A DNA stretch of 63,702 bases, filler included, from Choristocarpus tenellus KU-1152 (Eukaryota; Protista; Phaeophyceae): assembly GCA_964200185.2 (NCBI GenBank). It is 13 parts of 13 records of this genome, joined end to end, with 100 filler letters (N's around TTAATTAATTAA, not from the genome) between each part and the next. Parts side by side here need not be neighbours in the genome. Positions count along the whole stretch, not along the records: positions 51,140 to 56,128 come from CAXNAD020012262.1; positions 56,229 to 60,206 come from CAXNAD020016826.1; positions 60,307 to 63,702 come from CAXNAD020020318.1; 10 more parts are not named here. The stretch is one strand, 5' to 3'. The notes beneath the pieces are model-generated. The model saw only the letters and a list, made by a program, of their open reading frames with translations. It had not been told where the DNA came from and did not search any database. Below, piece by piece: positions 51,229 to 63,656 of the stretch; the stretch's first letter is position 1, and each line of letters starts with the position of its first letter. The position numbers and the translations under genes are program-made.

Positions 51229-51510
51229 GGAAGCTTATGAAGTAATCTGAGTTTGAAATCGCGAGAATTCGATAAGGGGAAATGCATATGGTAGGCCAGG
51301 TTTTGGCAAGAATAGAAGGAACTGGAGGGTAGAAAAAAGTTAAAGACCGAATGGGGGGGAGACAGGTGAGGTATTCAAGAAGTTAAAGGAAGTAAGTAGT
51401 AGATGAAGGCACGAGGTAGGAAGGATGGGGGCAGAGTGAAAGGTAAAAGTCAAGGGTGGAGGAGCAGGTCGAGGAAGGGCAAGATTACGGAAACTTCCAA
51501 GCAATCATTG
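51229..51510 (-). repeat. Diverged third member of the dispersed LINE-3'-like repeat
   Basis: Shares TTATGAAGTAATCTGAGTTT with 22861-22880. Confidence 0.55.
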
Positions 51511-51835
51511 AAAGGGTAAAAGGAGAACAAGGGAGTTGGGAGGCGTCGAATCATCCCTCGATGTAGGAGGACTTGATGCAATCCATGGATAGATCTCAGT
51601 CCATCAAAATCATGTTAAACACAAGACCAACAACAGATCATTGGAGGTCTAACACACAGCAGCAACTGCATTTTACACACACTTGAAACGCATGTAATTT
51701 ATCGACCAAGAGAGGTTGACCTGTTACTCTAGTTAAGCTCAAGATCTGAAAATCAATGAATACCACAATGCCAGTCACTCCTTGGGACCGTAGGCTGTAT
51801 CTAGGCACTAGGTGTCGCGGTATCGCATCACAGTC

Positions 51836-52010
51836 TCCTAACCCAACAACATCGTTACCAAAAAATGTAAAGGATGTGGGCTCGGTCCAGATTACTGACA
51901 CAAGTATCCATCAAGTGTACATGTCCTAACCCAACAACACCGTTACCAAACACAATGTTGAAGACATTGACTCGATCCAAACTATTCACCTAGATATTCA
52001 TCAAGTGTAC
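51836..52010. repeat. 88-bp imperfect tandem duplication
   Basis: TCCTAACCCAACAACA.CGTTACCAAA...CATCAAGTGTAC at 51836 and 51924. Confidence 0.8.
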
Positions 52011-52089
52011 CTATTCCGTAGTGATCTACGAAGACCAGCTTTTACCCTAATCATTCATTGAAATAATCAACGTTTGATGTTCTACTACT

Positions 52090-55000
52090 CTAGTTCTTAC
52101 TTTGGATTTTCTTCTCCATCATCTCGCTTAAACTTTCGAAACGGTGTCCATCTTCCATCTTCCACCAACCTCGTAGCCTGGGGAACGTTTCATTCAGAAT
52201 GTGCCACAAGTTATGAGGCGACAAATATCGGTCACTCCACTCCTCTGCTTCCACAGTGCACAGGAATATGGCCTTTCTCTTGATGAGTATATTTATATCC
52301 TCCATTTGCAACGTGCGCCTCGTGATCTCGCCCCAATTATTGCACCCCTTGAGGATAGCGCGGTGGACATAGCAGTAATCGTCAATAATGATGGGTTTGG
52401 CCTTAACTCCTGTCTTCGCCGCCACAAACCCATGACAGTCAATCACCTGTTTAAGAACATTGAACGTTACTGTCGGGTTTCGATTTTTGAAAATTCCGCT
52501 CCTGATGCACTCCTTCTCAAAACCATATCTCAACAAAGCATCGGCGCAATCTTCAAGAAATTCATTAATAATCTCATAATCGATCTTGCCATCGGATGTT
52601 ATAACTTCCTCTTCATTTACCTCAGAGGGATCATTCCCTGGCGTACTAGCCCCACTTCCTCCATCAAACATGGAGGAAAGAGATAGTCCGTCCTCTTCGA
52701 GGACAGAGGCACTCTCATCATTCCACCTTTTTCCTGTAGGTCCTGAAAAGCTCGTCTTTCGATGTCCACAATTTGAACGTACACTCTCCTCGAACTTCCT
52801 CTTTACACCGCGATTCTGTGGTGCGTCACTGTCAGTATCAACCTGAACCCTGGTGAAGTCTTCAGGTTCAGCTTCTTCATTTTCACCCGAGCTGTGAATG
52901 ACGTCCAATGCCGAAGTGGACATCTCCACGTCGCGGGAGATTTTGCAATTTACAGTCAACAGCTCGACAAAGCTTCGGGGTCGGACTCGGGGGTTTCATC
53001 GATATCCCCGAATAGGTCGTCATAGTTGTTCATGATCCTCCCATCAGAGAGGACCGTGTGAGCGGGTCTGGACCTCTCCATGCGATCCTCACACGAAGGC
53101 TGGAGGCCTTTATTCTTTCCCTTCCCTTTGGAAGGAACACCACGCCCCACCCCAACATCGGCAACAACCTCTCCGATGACGGACCCATCAATGTTGCTGG
53201 GATGGTCCTTTGTGGATTGTTTTAGGCACCGGAAAGGTTGGATTTCGAGGGCGGCCCTCAGAGCTCCATTGAGATCCTTGGGGTGCTGGTTGGAACCGAG
53301 GCTGAAGTTCATGGTAAAGTGGCCGGAGGGCTCGCTGTGTAGTTTAGCGAGCCGTTGATGTATAATGTCAGCCACCTTCTTTTTGATGTCCTCCTCTTCT
53401 TGGACCGCCTTCGAACTCCCTCCGGTCCCCGCCACAAGAACCGTTACATCACCATAACCTTGGAGAGGCCGGAATACATTGGTATGCAAAAGAATAGTCG
53501 AGACAGCGTCACAAAAAGCATTGGAATGAGGTATATAGAGTTAGGGTTAGAGAAGGCACGCGGTAGACTTTAGGCATGTGGGTCAACATGATCAATCTCG
53601 TAGGCTTACATAATATTTACCGTACCCCAACACAAAAGGGTAGGATCGAAAGGTGTTGTGAGGTGTGCGGCTACTTTCTTTGGCTGGTCTTTGGTTTGAA
53701 TTGTGTTGGGCTTTTAGGGTGTACATGACCAAAGCACTAAGCACGATCCACATTTTCAAACTCATGTGCGCATAAGACCTGCTTCTTAACATAAGCTTCG
53801 ATTGACTGACCTGTCCCGGTTGATGTTTTAAAGCCAAGCCGTGAAAAACTGTTACCAAGTTGTACAAGTTGCCCCAAACGGTGCCCTTTGTAATACTTTT
53901 TTGGTAACCTAATTCGAGTTAAATAAGTCTCATCCGTGCAAACTGTGACAGTACGGATTTGTACAAAAGTATAAAATTTATTGGCACGCCGGAACTAGCT
54001 AGTTATTTCCATTCACAAATGTCAACGTCCGTTCCCCTTGTTCGCCACTCTACCTTCAGTGCCACACAAGCGAATAAGGAACGGGGCAAGGGATATCCTA
54101 CTCAAATTTTCTGATGCAAAATCCAAAACATGCAAGAGAGGGCAAACACACTACATGTATCCCAATGTTATGGTCACCTGTATCACCAGCGTCGTCATTT
54201 GCGAAGGTGACACCTTTCGATCTTCTTACGATCAAAGGGAAGACTTCCCCGCCATCTACCCCTTGAAGTACGATTCTTGACTTGTACTGTCTCGTTTCAA
54301 CATTTGTGAAGAAAGGAACGCACATGATAGGGGCGGAACGTCCGAAAAAATTCAGGTATAGTATGCTGAACAATTGAAAAGGTTCATCTCCATGGAAAAT
54401 TGGACGGTGGACATAATGACTTTAACTCTTACCTCCGCAGGTAGCACATATTTGGCTTTCTCCGTCTTCTTCTTCACTGTTTGCTTAGGTGGTTCAATGT
54501 CCTCGCCTTCTTCGTCTTCCTCCCAGGGACATGCCGCCCCTTCTTCACCGCCCTTAAGCTTCTTTATAAGCTGGATGGCAACCTCCTTCACCACGCCTTC
54601 AATGAGAACCTCTTTGAGGTGCATTCGTTTCTTGTATGCCGCGTCTAAGTCTGTGAAGTCTGCCCTCTCATTTTTTTCCTGCTTCTTCACAGCTTTTTGA
54701 TTGCGAATACCCCGCAGGGTCTTGGAGAACTGGGTGAGGGGAAAGGATGGATATGCAACAGCTGGATTCATCTTTAAGTTGCGTAGAATTAAAACAACAG
54801 AGGGTGTCTATGTTTTTCCTTAGAAAACACTGCATCGTGGACTATACAAAAATGGTAACTTTCGTTTTGCACTCCCAACAGATGGTACACTTTTGAGGCT
54901 GATGTTGAATCCGGTTTAAGGTTTTTAATCCTTTTGATTTCTTGACTGTCGGACCGATGGTATATTGTCTAAAATGGTCACATCGACAAAAAAAATACTC

Positions 55001-56100
55001 GTTCATATTTTCAGTCTGCCAGGATGCCTTTGAATTGAAGGGTGACGAGATGTATTTGAATGATGCCAAACCTAAGTGTAAGGATAATGTTGTGTTACGA
55101 ATTGTAGTGAATAAAATCCAAGGCCATGTATTTTCAATCCGTAATTTTACCGTTTGCCATATTTCTTGTGATTTTGGTGTAAGGTGAAAAATCTGTGATC
55201 AACTTTTTTTCGGTCTCTATGTTTTATGGTGTATTTGAGGTGATAATATTTGTGAGTGTAATGTTTTTCATCTTCAAGATTTATGAACTTACTCGAAGGA
55301 GAAAATTTTGTTTATCCTAAGAAGAAATACTTGTCTATCCTAAAGAGATTTTTTTTTTAATTTTTACCATCTGAATTGTTTATCCTGTCACCATCTGAGC
55401 TTTGAGGAATGCGGTTAATACCTTCTAAGACGATGCAGTTTGAAACTTCACTTCTCAGGTCTTCTGGGATGTTTGGTTACTTTGTTCCAATTTCAAGGAT
55501 TTCAGGGGCGTGATATGGTAAAGGTGGTACCTACTCACCCAAGCCTCGAATGACCCCTGTTTCACATTGGGTGGCACATAGAACAGGGAGAGTGTGTCTT
55601 CTTGCAGTCTAGACCCAGCTTCCTGTGCAAAGACGCCGGCAGCCATGTCGACGATGTCGGACCAGTCGTGATCTTCTGGCATGTCGTCTTTCGACATCCG
55701 AAACCTCTCCTGTCCCACCAGAGCATCCCAGCACATGAGACGGAAGTATTCTTTATGGTTATATGAAGCTGTGGATGGTTGGGCAGGACAAAATGGTTTA
55801 AGGTCTTAGTAATACGAGGTAATATGATTTTGTCATGATATTGCCAGCGTGCCGGTCTATGTAGGTCATAAGAGCTGCCACAAGCTGAGCATTGACAAGA
55901 TGAAAGGTTACCCCAGAGTGCATGACGTAAGCTATTGTGGAGGTAGGTGGAAATCGAGCTAAGAGTTGTAAGTGCCCTCACCTTCAACTTAGTCTGGCTG
56001 TCGAAGGCCATCCTATGTTTCATCAACTCAAACGCTGTGTCGGGGTTGACCGCCCAGAGAAGTGTGAAATAGTGAACACTGCGGTGGTCGAATTAAGACT
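52090..56100 (-). pseudogene. Large intron-containing orphan gene, frameshifted; includes the longest ORF in the window (289 aa, 52090-52959)
   Basis: Collinear minus-strand ORFs 55455-55736, 54352-54771, 54098-54373, 52956-53489 and 52090-52959 (the last two joined by one frameshift); protein-like composition; gtgagg/gtgagt donors. Confidence 0.55.
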
Positions 56101-56102
56101 TG

Positions 56103-56128
56103 GACCCAAAGTATCTGGGAGGGGGGGG
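56103..56128 (+). mobile_element. MITE family B left end at contig break
   Basis: GACCCAAAGTATCTGGGAGGGGGGGG. Confidence 0.75.
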
Positions 56129-56228
56129 NNNNNNNNNNNNNNNNNNNNNNNNNNNNNNNNNNNNNNNNNNNNTTAATTAATTAANNNNNNNNNNNNNNNN
56201 NNNNNNNNNNNNNNNNNNNNNNNNNNNN

Positions 56229-56935
56229 AATGGTAACTAAAAATGCTGGAATATCCACCATGGACAGGTGGTGTGTAAAAGGATGGGACCACCAATAATT
56301 ACAGGGCATCGAATCCAAAAATGGTAAGTTTAACCACCATTTGCAGGTGATATGTACATCCTTTGGAGCACAGATAATTTGAGGGAATCGAATACAAGAT
56401 TGGGGATATCACCCCCACATGGACAGGTGGTGTGCACCCTTTTGAATAAACGCAAGCAACCACGTAACATCGAATACATGAACGGTGATATCACCACCGC
56501 GGAGAGGTGGGGTGCACACACGGTTTGGAGCACAAAGTAAGACAGGAAATGGTATCTAGAAATGCTGGAATATCCACAATGGACAGGTGGTGTGTAAATG
56601 GATGGGACCACCAATAATTACAGGGCATCGAATCCAGATGTGGTAATTTAACCACCCTTTGCAGGTGGTATGTACATGCTTTGGAGCACAGATAATTTGA
56701 GGGAATATCGACTATAAGTTTGGGGATATCACCCCCACATGGACAGGTCGTGTGCAGTCGGCTTGGAGCACAATCAAATACAGGACATCGAATACATGAA
56801 CGGTGATGTCACCACCGTGGAGAGGTGGTGTGTATACGATTGGGCGCACAAAGCAACACAGGAAATCGAAACTAGAAATGCTACGATCTCCGCCATACAC
56901 AGGCAGTGGGTACACTATAATCTCAGCCACATTCT
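56229..56935. repeat. ~79-bp tandem array (9 monomers) arranged as a 4-mer higher-order repeat of ~316-320 bp
   Basis: CCACC-N7-GGTGG-type cores at 56255, 56334, 56414, 56494, 56574, 56652, 56734, 56812 and 56890; monomers n and n+4 are most alike. Confidence 0.92.
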
Positions 56936-57689
56936 CGTACATTCAACGTTGACGAATGATAGACGCAACACCCGCCAAAGGCGCTATAAATCGTGACGGC
57001 GTGTTTGCAACGTTGGTCATCCAGATACGCTCCTTTGTAGGCCGCAGGAAGGGCGAACGTTTCTTGTATGGGGGCTCACCTTTTGGTTCCCTTTGGAGGT
57101 ATTGCGGCGTCAGGTGGTTGTACTTCGCCTCGTAGTTGATCGCTGGATTTCTGCCTGGAGTGGGCACGTTCGAAACGGGACAGGAGGAACAAACAGAAAG
57201 AGAAAGGAAATATTTTACGCATCGAGTCAGTCTCAGAGAGGATGGCATTAGGCGATCAGTTCACACCATCCTCCAGCCGTACACAAACGATAACATTGCA
57301 CGACGTGGCAGTGGGGTATTTTTTTACCTTCCGATACGCCCGGTATTCAGCGTAACGTACGACGCACAGGGATAGCCACAAACAAGGACGGTTCTCATGC
57401 AAGGGATACACGCATACCCTCTCCCGATCAAGAGGGTATGGTCCTGTTATCTATTCTATTTTCGGTTGTGTAACAACCGAACCATTGTACGTACAACAGG
57501 AACCGCCTTTATTGGATGTTCTGCCCCTTTTATATAATAGTATATATGTTTTGCCGTTACACATAGGCCACTTCGTGTGTTCCTTCTTCTATGGTAAGAA
57601 CAGATATTTAATAAACGGGATTCTGCACTCTTGATATATGTCTCGAAACTTCTATGCATGACGATTGGGTTGAATGGAACCAAAAACGT

Positions 57690-57822
57690 TATACACTTAT
57701 ATATATAAATATTAGTATGTAAGAGTTATATATATATAAAATGGTAATATTAATATATATATATATGATATATATATAAGAAGAGGTATATATATATGTA
57801 TTAGAGGTATATACATATATAA
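57690..57822. repeat. (AT)-rich low-complexity tract
   Basis: Direct inspection. Confidence 0.85.
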
Positions 57823-58619
57823 CTCCTTACGCGCTAATCCTTCATTGGAGCTAAAGGGTCAAAACTTAGAGTTGGCATCTTCTTCTGCATAGATTGGCAG
57901 TTCTCTACTCTTACATTGGAACAAAAACGTATATTCACACTTCGCCTAGTGCTTATATTATATTGCACAACAAAGAAAAACTTTCGCCAAGTTACATATG
58001 CGAGAGAGACCCCACATTTCCTCACTCTCTCCACAACAAAGCAACGGGTCTAGACAATTATTGAGGAATTCGTCGTTGCGGTTGTCCAAGGGGACCACAC
58101 ATCCCTCGCACCGCAGATGTACGATGACGACCTGCCAGCCACTACGGGATCTCTCTAAGAACGGGACTGAATTCGTGGACTTCGAAGGGGTAGACACCAG
58201 GACATCTCAAAGGCAAGACCACGTCTGGTCGCAGCAATACACTCAAATGTGGCCTGTGCGTTCTGTAATTGCCTCAATGGGGAATTTGCGCTTGAAGAAT
58301 AGGCTTAACGAACCATATGGTCACCACACCCCTTCCGAAATTACAGAATTGCATCGGAATCCGAGAGATATGGTATTCACTACTTGGACCATAGTTCCGA
58401 GTCGGTGACGCACACCTCCTCCCATAAAGAGCAGAACAAAACCTATCGACGAAGCTCGTGTCCTCCGATATCCGCGTTCCGATATATATAACGGAACCAA
58501 ACAATGTTCCTTACGGTTTCCGTTTCCGATCCCAACCATAGCACCTGTCCCGACCCTAACCCTATACTTTTACCCTGACACTCTCTCTCACCCTTACATG
58601 TTGATGAAATAATACTGGT

Positions 58620-60206
58620 TCATGTCTCCCCCTTCCTTCATCTGTTCGCCTCATGTCACATTTTGTCATACTCTAACGTTGGTCAAAGCACAGCAAATAT
58701 TGCGGCTGTACACATACAAACCTACTTCGAGTCACACAAATCGTGTCATTCTCGCTGAACGTTGTTCCGCAACAGAGTGTGGCGAAAGTTGCTGCGGTCG
58801 ACATACGAACTTTTTCGAGCCACACACCCCCAAACCATCGTCCTGGACTCACCACAAAACTCAATCGCTATCTCGTGCCCCCATAGACCGAGGGGCGCAT
58901 ACGATGGTATGCGCATATGGGGCTATTTGTTAACCTACATCACATGTAACATTCAATCATGATTCAACAAAGTCCATGGTGCACATTAGTTTTACCGTTT
59001 GTCAGAACACGCCATTTTTGTAACATACACGAGAACACGATGTCAGGGGCGACACCCACCATGCACATGTCAACTGTTTTCCAACAGAAATTCGTACCAA
59101 ATCACACTTCGTACCGTTGGACAAACTACCACCAGTCACCTCGTCCTACACATGCTTCATCCTTTTTTTGGTAAACTTTTGTATGTGGCTCGCGATTGAT
59201 CGCATATATGCGACGCACACATTTGGAAGAGAATATATTCAAGGCAGTTTCGGTTGTTGATGCATCAAACACACCCTTCTCTATGCTTTCAAAGTGGGGT
59301 GTCTCTCGCCACGGCCCTTTTCCGTTTAGCACCTAGAGTGACGAAACATTGTGCGCGAGCACCTTTCCTCGGAGAAAGATGCAATATTACTGAGGTTTAT
59401 TGCATGATAAGGATCGATCACTAGTGTCAAAGGAAACAAACCCACCCAACTTACATTGTGACCTCCTTTCGATCCCACTCAGGAGACGGGGACTAAAGAG
59501 ACTACCCAAGACCAGTGCCGCCCGTTCATGGAAGAAATCCAAAACGGACCAGATAATGGACCTCTTCCTCTCCATGTTTGTCAACCACAATTGGATCAGA
59601 AGAGATGGAAGAAAGCAGCCGCACGTGGAACGACCTTGCCTCTTGGTTGTTGGATGAGAAGAGCAGATTTGCACCGTTGGCAAGTGCACTGCAAGTTGCG
59701 TTGGGTCGGGAACAATGCGAGTCAACGCCTGATCTCCAGGTTTATACATTCCTCCAAGGCATAAAGAATGATCTTAGCACCAACCACACGCGCCAGGTGT
59801 ACAAGTCCGTCCTCATCAGCATCGCTCCCGATGTCGTAAAAGGCGACGACGGGGTGACATCAACGTTTCAACCACTTCTGTCTGTCACCGCAAAGAAGTA
59901 CAACTTCCATGTCTTGCATCCTCATACACATGTTCTGGGTATCACCGTGTGGGAGAGCAACAGCACTGCCATGCCCCACGATCCGGTCACATCTCATGAT
60001 GCCGCCCAGGGAATGCACTACTTAGACCCACATACGAACAATAGAGTTTGCCATCCTGATGCACTGTGCCAGCAGCACGCTCAGAGGTACTCAACACTGG
60101 CGAGTGTGTCATCTTCACTAATATTGCGCGTGTATCCACTCTCGACACTTCATGGATTAATCACAGCGTAACATTTTCACCCTCCAACAAAACTGTTACA
60201 TTACAC
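58620..60206 (+). mobile_element. Sola3-like transposase N-terminal region, decayed, cut by contig end
   Basis: Ordered blocks: Cys/His-rich segment; FFGKLLY(V)GSRL; LLSIPLRRR...KKSKTDQIMDLFL; RQVYKSVLISIAPD...SVTAKKYNFHVLHPHTHVLG...MHYLDP. These resemble from memory the Sola3 N-terminus (G..VPVGS.IC; RQILS...T.YRF..AR.H...HG.G...HFL.F). The catalytic core is not in the contig. Confidence 0.35.
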
Positions 60207-60306
60207 NNNNNNNNNNNNNNNNNNNNNNNNNNNNNNNNNNNNNNNNNNNNTTAATTAATTAANNNNNNNNNNNNNNNNNNNNNNNNNNNNNNNNNNNNNN
60301 NNNNNN

Positions 60307-63230
60307 GTCACCCACGAGGCAAAACCTTTTACGTACCCCCTCACGCAGCGAAACGGCGGACATGGAGAAGTGCATGTGGGTCTCGACGTGGTTGCACATT
60401 ATACGGACATACAAGTCGTCTCTGCGTGTTTGTTTTCGCGTTGGTTTGCACGTAGGTCTTGGCTGCTTATACATCATGTGGATTGCTCGTCCTTTGTGCC
60501 TTGGATGTGTCATTTTTTGGAGGTTTCCATGGGCCATGGAACTTAGTGTTTTGACGTCTACCCTCCTTCCACGAGATGTATCTGATGAGTCTGGCGTTGT
60601 GGAGGGTACGGCTTGACATTTTGGAGATGCCGTGGAAATATTGTCAGGACCTCACTTAATGAAAAGATTGCCTGCACTGTAGCTTACTACGCTGTCCTTC
60701 TTGTCGTGCTGTCTGTCGACTGTGTCATGTGTCATGATGTCCAAGCAGGAGTGAAAACACTGCACTACAGGACCTTCGCCCTCTCAACCCTACGGTACCC
60801 TTAAACCGCCTGAAAGAGTTCGCCTTCTGCAATGCGCCAAAGCTCGCCATAGTGTCCATTGCCGCCGAGCCAAGACTTCTCAACGACGAAGAGGCGACCA
60901 ACACACACTTGCGCGAGGTGCTTAAGTGAATGCGGGTGAAGATACATCCTCAGGGCACCATTGAGCTCATTTTGCCCCACCTGTGGATGGCGCAATTACA
61001 CCGCCTAGGCGGTGAGTTGCAGAGATCGCAAGTGCTGGAATACGGGGTATATTGCGGGAGACTGTTGAGATCCGCCATGGTCGTTATCATTCCGTCAGTG
61101 TGCCCATCGAATATTGTGCGGCCGTTCAGGAGATGCGGATTAGGTCGCGTGTCTTTCTTTTTCACTTTCCCCATGTTGTTTCATGTCCTTCGTACCTTCT
61201 ACTTCCTTTTGTTTCTCTTGCTCTTTCCCCCGGGTCCTTCGTAGTTCTTTGTTTCATTGTCCGCGAATCGCAGGCTGGTGTTACTTGTCTTCACTACATT
61301 ATTTTTACCCTATTTACTTCTATTATTACTTAATTTCCTATTGTTTGCATTTTTTGCATTTGTTATTTGCCTTGCGTTCCACACTCATTGTACTATTATA
61401 ATGTTAGTTGTATGAGATTTCATGAATCCCTACGATAACTACTTGTGTGATGTCACTGTCACGTTCGACGCATGCCGGACCCACGCGCTAACTCCCGCCT
61501 TCTATTCATTCAGAGGCTTTTATGGCATCGAAGGTGGGCTTGATTGTGGAGGATCATCCCCTAACCCTAATATGCAAGACGAGGGGGGGGGGGCGCCCTC
61601 AATTAGGCACTGATAACCATCTCAGATGTTGTCAGGACATTATTATTCTCGCGCACAACGATGGGACAATGTTCGCATGCAACAAGCGAGTCACTGTCGA
61701 CAATATCTTTGGCCACGGGCGTGATGCATCTCCTCCAGTACTCCAAACCATGTTGGGCGTCGAGTACGAAGGTACTGCAACGACATCCCCATGAGGGCTC
61801 TCCACTTCCTCGTTAATAGGTTCGTTAATAACATCACACACACCCTTCTTCACAGAAGCAGGGACTTTTTTTTGTATAGGTGTAGGAGATCGTTAAACAG
61901 TAACAGAACGAGCTGGGTGACGGTTCAGGGGCGTCAATCCATCCCACGAGTTTGTTTCCCCGAATCGGTACGTTAAGCGTCAAACCGCACCAAGAGTGTG
62001 TTGCCCTGTATCGGAACGTGACTCATACATTGCGATATGATGAATCCGTGCGCAATACAATATACTCCTCTGGATAATTGTCGAACTGCCCTCCCATGAT
62101 AGGTACACGAATGCTGGGGACACCGTTGTCTCCTACAGCGCAGAGAGGCACAACGTGGTGGAGGCGGCCCTTGAACGGAGCAGGAGGGTGGAGGTGTTCA
62201 TGTCCACGCGGCGTCAAAGGACGAGGTGAAAGAGAAGATGGACACGTCCTTTGACCAAGCCTACAAGGACGGCAAGTGGAAGGTAAGAAGGGTGTGCTGG
62301 CTTTTTTTTCCATTGCTGTCCTACCTTTTGTCTGTCTTAGTTCCCTATGGATAGGTCTCGGGTGTTGCGGGCAGACAAGGAGCGATCACAGTATCGACTC
62401 CAAGTTGTCATGTCTGTTCTTGAGAAGATTATCTCTTCCCCGACTGGGGAGTTAGGTTTTGCCTTCTTTGATTTATCACTGCTGAAATCTTGTCAGAAAT
62501 CGAAACCGAGATCCATTTTTATGGGGCGTTTTGTTCTTGTCCCCACGCCTGCCCCAGCTTCCAATCCCAATTCTGCCGTGTCGCCATCATCCTTGTAATG
62601 ACTGTGACCGGTCCAATCCAGTACGACGTACACCTCACGCTGCAGCTTTTGATGAACGAAAATTTTCGAGTACCCCTATTCCTCAACCCATCCAGCACGT
62701 CCTGTCTCAATTACTGTTTTTTCCCGCTTTTCTGAGGGAAGGATATGTCCTTCAGCTGCATCCCAAATTTACAACTCTGCCAACTCTATGTGCTCACTCC
62801 ACCCCCACCTTCTATCGGCTTCTATGAGATATGTATCCCTTACTTCATATCCCTCATCAAACTTTCTCCCTTCTCTCCCCACTTCTACCGCACCTGTAAC
62901 AATAGTTGCGTCCATTTTCACGCCCTTTCAATGGGTTATACTTCTACCTGAGCATCCCTCTTCACATATTTCTTCATCCGTGATGGCAAAGACGTGCTTA
63001 TCGACCTCAGATTGTGCGAGAGAAAGTAGCAAAATGCAAGTTACCATCCCAAGACTATACCTTGCCCTGTCAATTCTCCTGTATCTGTTGCCACAATCTT
63101 GGGTCTGTATTCCTGTGTGGAGTATGGTAAGATCCCTCCCAGTTCTTGGCAGCTCTTTTCGTCCCAACCTTGTTCATCTAACGTTTTTTTATCATAACTG
63201 ACGTTTCTCTGGTATTAATGAGAGAACATC
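60307..63230 (-). pseudogene. Decayed orphan coding region, Cys/His-rich in part
   Basis: Long interrupted minus-strand frames (60801-60995, 60950-61174, 62023-62313 and upstream); CDLC...CNC..H and SLVACEHCP motifs. Confidence 0.3.
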
Positions 63231-63268
63231 ACCCTCCCTTTTGAGTCCAGACCTGCACTATTCAATTT

Positions 63269-63503
63269 GAGTCAAAGTATCTTAGAGGGTAGAGCCGCGT
63301 CCATTTGGGGGCCCTAATCCAATGTTACGATTTTGATGTAATTTTGGCTAGAGTGTTATTTAGGAAGTGTCAATATCCTTGTTCCAGACACACATTTTAA
63401 TGACGTATATATCTAACTACTCTGAAATGTTTTGGGGTAGGTTTGATGTCATAAAATACCTGCGGGAAGCCAAGCCCCAAATGGACAAACAGGCAAAACT
63501 CGT
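63269..63503 (-). mobile_element. MITE family A, right TIR interrupted
   Basis: GAGTCAAAGTATCTTAGAGGGTAGAGCCGCGTCC...GGACAAACAGGCAAAACTCGT, then unrelated sequence. Confidence 0.9.
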
Positions 63504-63544
63504 TGTTTAAACACTACTCTCGTGGGATCGAATCTCGCCGAGGT

Positions 63545-63656
63545 CACATCCGTCAAAAGGCTAAATACGCCGTCAGGATACACATCCGTCAAAAGGCTAA
63601 ACACGCCGCCAGGATACACATCCGTCAAAAGGCTAAACACGCCGCCAGGATACACA
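63545..63656 (+). repeat. 36-bp tandem repeat x3
   Basis: CACATCCGTCAAAAGGCTAAA(C/T)ACGCCG(C/T)CAGGATA at 63545, 63581 and 63617. Confidence 0.95.

Noticed and set aside
56229-56935. CRISPR array
   Set aside because: The inter-core sequences are homologous to each other and recur with a 4-mer period instead of being unique spacers. No cas genes; eukaryotic context.
63504-63545. Intact tRNA gene
   Set aside because: Only a T-arm-like hairpin; no D or anticodon arm can be folded.
63545-63656. CRISPR repeats (36 bp)
   Set aside because: Head-to-tail units with no spacers.
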